From assembly GCF_006345805.1 (NCBI RefSeq), contig NC_042998.1:149544001-149608000 (forward strand): a DNA stretch of 64,000 nt. Reading direction: 5' to 3'. This document shows, piece by piece, positions 55,349-64,000 of this stretch. The position numbers and the translations under genes are program-made. The stretch is from Octopus sinensis. Taxonomy: Eukaryota. The notes under the pieces were generated by a model. It ran no database searches. It worked only from the letters and a program-made list of their open reading frames with translations, and had not been told where the DNA came from. Positions within the stretch are counted from its first letter, which is position 1. The number at the start of each line of letters is the position of its first letter.

Positions 55349-56235
55349 TAGGTTGTCCCAAAAGTCACTGATGGGTTTCAATTTTTAATAACCTCCTTAA
55401 CTTTACAAATAAATACATGAAATTTTGGTACAAAATAAAGAACATAATGAAGATTAATATGCACAAGCAAATTTTGCTTCACCTCTACATCGCATTTGAA
55501 AAGTGGCTTCGCTTAAATGGCAGCCATTTTCGGCTTTGCACGCCTGTGCTCTTTCTAAAACTTGCACCATAACACCCTCTAGAATTTCAGACCCCACTTC
55601 TCCGATTTCTCTATTGATATTCTCCTTCAGCTGCACCAGGGTCTCCGGTTTGTTGACGTAAACCCTCTCTTTCTGGTATCCCCACAAGAAAAGATCCTGG
55701 CTAGTCAAGTCTGTGGAATATGAAGGCCAGTTGACATTGAGTAGCGGGAGATTATTCTCTCTCCAAAGTACTGCTGTAGCAATTGCATTTTTGCTCTAGT
55801 GGTATGAGCAGATGTCCCATCTTGCTGGAACCATGTGTGCGGTCTACTTTTAATTGCTTTTCAGTTCCCCAGATTTGACTAGCCATAATTTTTTCTTGTG
55901 GGGATACCGGAAAGAGAGGGTCTACGCCAACAAACCGGAGACCCGAGTGCAACTGAAGGAGAATATCAATAAAGAAATCAGAGATGTGGGGACTGAAACT
56001 CTGGAGGGTGTTATGGTGCTAGTTTTTGAAAGAGATCGAGCGTTCAAAGCCAAAAATAGTTGCCATTTAAACGATGTCATTTTTCAAATGTGATGTAATG
56101 GTGTTGCAAAATTTGACTAATACATATTAATTTCCATTATATCTTTTATACTGTATCAAAATTTCATGCACTTATTTGTAAAGGTACGGAAGTTATTAAA
56201 AATTGAAACCTATCAGTGACTTTTGGGACACCCTG
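55349..56235. mobile_element. Palindromic Tc1/mariner (rosa-type, DD41D) derivative made of two inverted 3' halves
   Basis: TIRs (T)AGGTTGTCCCAAAAGTCACTGA and TCAGTGACTTTTGGGACACCCTG with TA flanks. Both arms encode DLTS..FLWGY.KERVY.NKPET. The minus arm adds WFQQDG, with 41 residues to the third D across one frameshift. Confidence 0.88.
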
Positions 56236-56461
56236 TATTATTCAATTCTGTTCTATATCGGATAGACGAAAACATCTATAACGACAACTGGAGCACTGAT
56301 GTCGAAGAAGAACCATCAATAAGCACTAATACTAGCACAAATTAACTAATTCCAGGAAAATTAACCGCTATAGAGATAAACTAGTGTACGCTTGGATGAA
56401 ATACATCCCTGGAAAAGAGCAACCTCTTTCAATTCGGAACATATATATCGATATGTATATG

Positions 56462-56523
<62 letters not shown>

Positions 56524-56654
56524 GTGTGTGCGTGTGTGTGTGTGTGTATATGTATATGTATATATATATGTATATATTTATGTATGTATGTATGTATGTA
56601 TGTATGTATGTATGTATGTATGTGTGTGTGTGGGCCTTTGAATTTGTATTTTTC

Positions 56655-56850
56655 CCCCACCATTCGCTTGACAACCGGTGTTGGTGTGTTTACGTCACCA
56701 TAGCGTAGCAGTTCGGCAAAAGAAACTGATAGAATAAGTACCAGCCTTAATAAAATTAAGTGCTGAGGTCGATACATTCGACTAAACATTCTTCAATGCG
56801 GTGCCCCAGTATGGCCACAGTCTAATGATTGAAGCAGATAAAAGATAAAA
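56655..56850 (+). mobile_element. SINE family A tail
   Basis: CGCTTGACAACCG..GATAGAATAAGTAC..GCGGTGCCCCAGTATGGCCACAGTC. Confidence 0.8.
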
Positions 56851-57224
56851 GATGATGAAAATGTGAAGGTGTAGTTTGGTGATTGGTGTGTTGCACTCAC
56901 GATCGCAAGACCGTAGCTTCATTCCTGTTCCATGCAGTGGGTTGAGCTCTCGAGCAGGGCATTTCATGTCACGTTATTCTTGTTCACTCTGTGGAAAATG
57001 AGTGACCCTGTGAAGGAATGGTGTCGCGTTTGGGGAGAATTCTATGATCTCGGTCATTTATAGGACAAGGAAACTTGTTAACCGACCTTATAAGACTTGG
57101 GATTCAAGATAAGTCAGTCCAGTGGACTTGCTAGGTAGAAAACAGCTACAAAGGCAACAGCAACAACAACAACAACAACAACAACGACGACGACGACGAC
57201 GATGATGATGATGATGATGATGAT

Positions 57225-59745
57225 GAAAAAGTGAGGAAATATTTTGAAGATACAAATGGTTTGTATGTTGTAATCGAACAATTGAAGTAGCACATAGTTT
57301 CCAAAAAAGCCAAGAAAACTATGTTTGAACAACAGATAAACAATACTGCCAAAACCAATTGTTTAGAATATTTTATCAAGAAATTAACGATGTTATAGAG
57401 CGCGAAACGCTAGATCCTGATACCGATGGAAGTCGACAGTTGTGGGACAAGATATGGAGTAAGCAAGAACATACAGCTTAAAGGCTCTGCAACCTAAAGC
57501 AAACAGAGGATATCCGCTTTACAGAAATATGAGTTAAAACACAAGCAACTGGGAAACAGCAGGACCTGATGCTGTACAGGGATTTTGGATAAAAAAGTTC
57601 AGTAGGTGCTACAAATTAATCGCAGTGCAATTCAATCCATTAATCGATGGAGAAGAAATCCCGGGCAAGTTGACAAAAGGACGACAGTGTTGTGTCTGAA
57701 GGATGCATCAAAAGGAAATGCTGCCGACAATTACAGGCCAATTAATGTGGAAGTTACTGAAGAACTGTACAAATTTTTTGATTAGAACGATATGTCACCG
57801 AATGAGCAAAAATGTTGTAGGAGATGCAGAGGTGCCAAAGACTAATTATTGATAGACGAAATGGTAATGCAAGATTGTAAATGAAGGGGAACAAATTTTG
57901 GAATGGCCTGGATTGACTATCACAAAGCTTATGATGATTCCACATTCGTGGATCATCGAGTGTCTAAAGTTATTTGGAATTGCGATTAATGTAACGTGTT
58001 TTCTGAAGAGAAGTATGGTGGGGTGGCACACTGCGTTGCCATCCAACGGAAAAAGTTTTGGCACCCTTGGTATCAGGGGAGGAATTTCCGAAAGTGATAA
58101 CTTATCTCCGTTGCTTATTGTTCTCTGCATGATCTCTCTGACCATGGTACTTCAGAAAATTAATCTGGGCTATCATCTAAAGAGAAAATCTCTAACAATC
58201 AACCACCGCTTCCTCAAGGATGATTTGAAGCTGTATGGCAAGGATGAGTTCTTTTGGTGAGCTGTTCTAGTGCTGATATTAGAATGGAATTCGGACTCAA
58301 GAAGTGTGGTATCATGTACCTGAAAAGAGGCAAGGTACAGTCCCTAACAGGGAGAGAATTACCAATAGAAAACTAATTAAACAAATTAAAGGAAGGTTAG
58401 AAATACCTTGGCATACTAGAGTTCAACGAAATCATAGAGAAGGAAATGAAAGAACAATTTAAGATGGAATATTTCTGAAGACTAAGATTGGTGCTGCGTT
58501 CAAAAATAACCGGAAGAAATAAAATCCAAGCAGTCAATACATGGGCGATAGCAGCACTTCAGTATGGAGCTGGAATCATAAAATGGCAAAAGAAAGAACT
58601 CATGAAAATAGATACGAAGACAAGAAACATATTGACAGTGCGCGGAGTCTTCCTCCCTAAGAGTGACAACGATCGGCTGTACTTGTCCAGAAGAAAGGGT
58701 GGATGAGGTTCGATCAGTTGCCAGGATTGTATCGAAACAAGAAAACATCTTAGGGTGGTATATAAAAAATACCGTGAAACCATTATTGGAACATGTGAAA
58801 ATGTCTGGCGTTATTAAAACTGATATTTGTTTAAAAAAAGAAAGATTAAAGAGTAGAAGGACACACACAAGAAAAGACAGAAACAGCCATGGAAGGAGAA
58901 AAACTGTTTGGTCAGTTTGTAAGAGATACGAATACCAAGACAGATAAAGAATAGCGGTGACTGTGGAAGTGATCTGAAGATAAAGACAGAAGCACTTATA
59001 TGCGCAACACAAGAACAAGCGTTAAGGACTAGCTATGTGAAGTGTAGAATCGACAACATTACCGACAGTGACAAATGCAGAATGTGTGGTGAGAGGGGTG
59101 AAACGGTGTGACACATCGTTAGCGAATGCCCGAAATTGGCACAATGCGAATAAAAATGAAATGACAATATGGCAAATATGATCCATTGAGAGCTCTGTGG
59201 AATTGCCGCCTATAAAGAGAAAAGATGGGCATGAGAAAGCCCCAGAAAGAGTCACCGAGAATGAAAACTGCAAAATCCTGTCGAATGCAATGATTCAGTG
59301 TGATCATCTGACCAGATATCGGAAACCAGACATTGCTGTAGTTGTTGTAGTGAATAAAAATAAAAGAATTTCCATGATAATCGATATAGCCTGTCCCGAT
59401 GACTACAGGATCAAAGAGAAAGAAGAAAACTGAATAACTACGTCGATTTGAAGTGGGAAATACGAAGGTTGTGGTCAATGAGGAGAGCAGATGTGGTACC
59501 AATAGTAATTGGCGCTTTTCGAAGTAGCAGCACTAAACTATCAACATGGCTCAAAAAGATTATTACAAATGCAAAGGTAGAACACCTACGAACATCAGCA
59601 TTGCTTGGAACTGCATGAATTCTTCGCAGGGTTCTTGAAACATGACCAGTAAATAAGTGTCACCTTAGTCTGCTGACTGTGGACAGTTGACACTTTGCAT
59701 CGTACCCAACAAAATAGGCTGAGAGGTTTTTCATAAAACAACAAG
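57225..59745 (+). mobile_element. Decayed R4/Dong-type LINE (RT, CCHC finger, restriction-like endonuclease)
   Basis: GPDAVQGFWIKK, NYRPI, AWIDYHKAY, PHSWIIECL, DNLSPLL, DDLKLYGK, EFGLKKCG, KYLGILE, ATQEQALRT, CRMCGERGETV*HIVSECP, RKPDI, IIDIACP and PIVIGA. Many stops and frameshifts. Confidence 0.9.
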
Positions 59746-59763
59746 AACAACAACTACAGCAAC

Positions 59764-59805
<42 letters not shown>

Positions 59806-60139
59806 AATGATGATGATGATGATAATATTTCAATTGTTGATTGATGCTCAATCTATTTCTTATCAATAAAGATAATAGGACTCTAATTACTCATAGGTGT
59901 TCCACCTTAATTGATCGCATTAAACTAATATTAAATTTTAATTATTGATGGGAAATCAGATAGGTTTCTTTTATAAATCAGACGTTTTTTCTTTTTCTTT
60001 TTTTAAATCAGAGGGATTTTCATGTCAAGTAGATAGATATAGTTATTTTTTTTAATAAGAATGATAGCAAGATGGAGAGGAAAAGAGAATGAGAGAGGGA
60101 AATAGGAGATAGATGGAGAGAAAGAGAGTGAGTGAATGA

Positions 60140-60220
<81 letters not shown>

Positions 60221-60515
60221 TAAAATTTACTTACAGAAAATCTTTTAGAAAAATTAAAGGCAATTAAAGTCACTAGCTTGAGGATGAAAGAAAAGAGAAA
60301 AGGTAAACACATTGAATCCCTTTACCATTCTACTTCTTGTTGGTCTTTCTTCGAGAATATTCATTACGACCCCTCCCTCTCTCTCTCTCTTCCTTAGAAT
60401 TATTCAGGTTTTAAAACCTATGACTACGAACAAATATCTCATTAAAAAAAATAATTTCTGTTGCTTAATTTTTTCTAAAAAACTTATTTAATATCATAAA
60501 TAATTAAAATTCAAT

Positions 60516-60560
60516 ATTGCACTGACGAGATCAATGAAGAATGAAACTCTTCTATGCAAT
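60516..60560 (+). ncRNA. Degenerate type I hammerhead motif
   Basis: ATTGCA-CTGACGA-..-GAAA-CTCTTC-TA-TGCAAT. Core and 6-bp stem I are intact, but stems II and III are poor. Confidence 0.45.
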
Positions 60561-60680
60561 TGGCATTTTATTATCGTTATTATCATCCCGAAATAAATAC
60601 GAAATAGATTTCACAAAAGGAAACTTATGGACTAATCAAAATGATGCTTGTAAACTTAAAGGATCCGCAACTACTATTTG

Positions 60681-60725
<45 letters not shown>

Positions 60726-60759
60726 ATTATAATTATAATAATACTAATAATAATGATCA

Positions 60760-61416
60760 TAAGAAACAATAATGGGCAAGAAACAATAAGCCATATTGTC
60801 TCTGGATGCCAGATCCCGACAGAGAAGAAATATATTCACAATCACGACAGAGTTGGGATCTATATACACTGGAAGCTATACCAACACTATGGAATAACAA
60901 CAGAAAAAAGATGGTATGGGCACACGCCAGAAAAGGTCACAGAAAATGAGAAAGCAATCATTATCTGGGATATGCCAATACACACAGATAGAGAAATTAA
61001 GGCCAATAGGCCGGATATAGTTGTCAGAGATCACCAAGAAAAAATGCCTTCTAATCGATGTATCAATGCCAACATATGACAACGTTTCTCTAAAAGGAAT
61101 GGAGAAACTATCAAAATACAAAAACATGGAAATAGAGGTATCTCGAATATGGTGTCTAAAAACAGAAACAATTCCTGTCATAGTAGGCGCGTTAGGTATG
61201 ATAAAAATATTCAGACAAATACATAACAAAAATACTAGGACTAACAAGTATATATAGAATACAGAAAATAGCATTAATCGGCACCACATACATCCTACAT
61301 AAAGCACTTTCAATACAATAACAATAAGCGCATCACAACAAACCACAGCACATTCCCAGGGTACACAGAGCTGCGCTCGGTAGTACAGTGAAAGCACGTG
61401 ATGAAAATAAGACTAA

Positions 61417-61455
<39 letters not shown>

Positions 61456-61466
61456 TAATAATAATA

Positions 61467-61542
<76 letters not shown>

Positions 61543-62007
61543 GAGAAAGCAACCATACTCTGGGATCTGCCGATACACACAGATAGAGAAATTAAGGCCA
61601 ACAGACCAGATATAGTTGTCAGAGATCATGAAGAAAAAAATGCTTTCTAATTGATGTATCAATACCGGCAGATGACAACGTGTCTCTAAAAGAAATGGAG
61701 AAACTCTCAAAACAAAGACCTGGAATAGAGGTAACTAGAATGTGGAATCTGAAAACAGAAACAATTCCTATCATAGTAGGTGCATTAGGCATGATAAAAA
61801 AATATTCAGACAAATACATAACAAAAACACCAGGACTTACAAACACATATATCATACAGAAAATTGCACTACTAGGCACTGCACACATCCTACGCAGCAC
61901 TTTCCATACAATAACCATCAGAGCATCACATCAAATCACAGCACATACCCAGGCAGACAGAGCTGCGCTCGGTAGTGAAGTGAAAGCACGCTATAAAAAT
62001 AAAACTA

Positions 62008-62010
<3 letters not shown>
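60760..62010 (+). mobile_element. Two 5'-truncated copies of one R4/Dong-type subfamily separated by (AAT)n (60760-61418 and 61541-62010)
   Basis: ETISHIVSGC, HDRVG, WDMPIHTDREIKANRPDIVV, LIDVS and PIIVGALG. Both share the 3' UTR GAGCTGCGCTCGGTAGT followed by (AAT)n. Confidence 0.9.
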
Positions 62011-62070
<60 letters not shown>

Positions 62071-62073
<3 letters not shown>

Positions 62074-62289
62074 CGGGATGGGCTACTCAACCAGGAGAAA
62101 ATTCTAACTGGGCCCCACCTGCAAGGTCATGTGCTGTTTATCTTGATATGAGATCACCATGTCGCGCACATATGGTTGTGATGCATGTGCCTGGTGTACC
62201 CTTATCAGACGGGTAGTCATGATGGGTATATTGGACTTCGTATATTTTACCCCAGTGTCACTTTGATGGCATGAACTGCTCTCTCACTC

Positions 62290-62290
<1 letters not shown>
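62071..62290 (+). mobile_element. Non-coding retroposon in (AAT)n, 5'-truncated copy
   Basis: Highly similar to 63470-63688 and flanked by (AAT)n. Confidence 0.8.
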
Positions 62291-62349
<59 letters not shown>

Positions 62350-62350
<1 letters not shown>

Positions 62351-63175
62351 TCGACCAGAAACACATGTATCAATAGTTACGAAGCTCAGGAGTAAAAGCA
62401 GAGAGTGAAGGTTTCATATTAGCTGCTCAAGACCAAAGTTTGTTAACCCGGAACTACCAAGCCAATGTGATAAAGAATGGAGCTGACCCAAAATGCCGAT
62501 TCTGTAACTATAGGCCACTTAATCTCAGGGTGTAGAGTTTTAGTACCCGTAGAATATAAAGCAAGACATGACAGAGTTGGTCAGTATTTACACTGGACAA
62601 TATGTCGGCATTATAAAATCAAAACTACTGATAAATGGTATAAACACCATCCTGAAGCTGTGACTGAGGGACAGAATGTGTCAATTCTCTGGGACTTTCC
62701 CGTACATACCGACAAAACTATAAAAGCTAATAAATCGGATATTATTATAAAAGTAAGTGTGTTTATTAATTGACATGAGTATTCCTTGCGATCACAATAT
62801 AGCGTTGAAAGAATTTGACAAGATCAGTAAATATAAAGACTTGCTAATAGAAATTGAAAAAATGTGGCATCTCAAGGCGACTACAGCACCAGTGGTTGTA
62901 TGATCTCTAGGAGTGATAAAAAAAGGCACTGGAATCTATTTGAAAATAATACCAGGCTTACCATCCCTACAGGAATTGCAAAAAATCGTGTTAACTGGAA
63001 CGACTCATGTACTGAGAAGAGCATTATTGCTGTGGAAACAACATCCATTCATGAATTTATTTATTTATTAATTTTTTAAATACATATTTTACCTGTGAAT
63101 TTATGCGTGTAATATGGGAGTGCGTTCAATGAGTTTCTCTGCCCTAGGTGTACGGAAAACACTCGCCGAGAAATG
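62350..63175 (+). mobile_element. 5'-truncated R4/Dong-type LINE (another subfamily)
   Basis: AESEGFILAAQDQSLLTRNYQ, KCRFC, HLISGC, ARHDRVG, ILWDFPVHTD and LQKIVLTGT. Confidence 0.88.
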
Positions 63176-63257
63176 GAAGAAAATTTGAAGAAAGAAGGAA
63201 AATAATAATAATGATAATAATAATAGTAATAACAACAACAACAACAACAACAACAAC

Positions 63258-63342
<85 letters not shown>

Positions 63343-63349
63343 GTAGTAG

Positions 63350-63685
63350 TAGTGGGGGAGCATCATAGCCATGTGTTGAGAGGGATTCTTTGAGGTTTGA
63401 ATAATTCACCTTTGGGAACAGGGGTGTTTCGTTCAACATCCTTAAACAACCCTTATTCAGGGACCTTTTGAGCGGGATGGGCTACTCGACCAGAAAAAAT
63501 TCTAACTGGGCCCCACCTGCAAGGTCATGCGCTGTTTATATTGATATGAGATCACCATGTCGCACACATATAGTTGTGATGCATATGCCTAGTGTACCCT
63601 TATCAGACGGGTAGTCATGATGGGTATACTGGGCTTCGTATATTTTACCCCAGTGTCACTTTGATGGCATGCACTGCTCTCTCAC

Positions 63686-63688
<3 letters not shown>
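63350..63688 (+). mobile_element. Non-coding retroposon in (AAT)n, longer copy
   Basis: Ends GCACTGCTCTCTCACT followed by (AAT)n. No ORF. Confidence 0.8.
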
Positions 63689-63766
<78 letters not shown>

Positions 63767-63779
63767 TAAATATGTAAAG

Positions 63780-64000
63780 GAATGTTCCAACTTAAGTAAA
63801 CATAAGACCTGGAAATTGAAATGCAAAAGACATGGCATCTTAAAATTAGAACTGTTTCTGTTATTGTAAATGCTCAAGGTATGATAAAAAAGGGATGTCA
63901 GAAAAATTCCGATATGATCCCAGGAGAACCATATGTCAGAGAAATCCAAAAGATTGTGCAGACAAATACTGCTCATATTTGGAGAAAAAGCCCATCAGTT
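63780..64000 (+). mobile_element. R4/Dong-type LINE, extreme 3' fragment
   Basis: LSKHKDLEIE..WHLK..IPGEPYVREIQKIVQTNTAHI. Confidence 0.7.

Overview
This is an AT-rich, microsatellite-saturated eukaryotic window. Its repeat content suggests an octopus or other cephalopod genome (inference). No intact host gene is visible, and nearly all ORF-track entries are translations of simple repeats. Transposon content: a near-full-length decayed CR1-type LINE (1925-5514, minus); many R4/Dong-type LINE fragments sitting in (AAT)n runs; RTE, Tx1/L1, CRE-like and Penelope GIY-YIG fragments; mariner (DD34D) and rosa-type (DD41D) relics; MITEs; Helentron-like elements; and two abundant tRNA-derived SINE families. 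The most notable signal is a dense set of type I hammerhead ribozyme motifs from at least six sequence families, mostly in short non-coding elements inserted in (TA)n. These include a retrozyme-like direct-repeat unit with two hammerheads about 505 nt apart (21904-22636), a distant relative with a perfect hammerhead (44345-44425), inverted or palindromic arrangements, and core variants with compensatory changes. One SINE family shares its 3' tail with the CR1 LINE present in the window.
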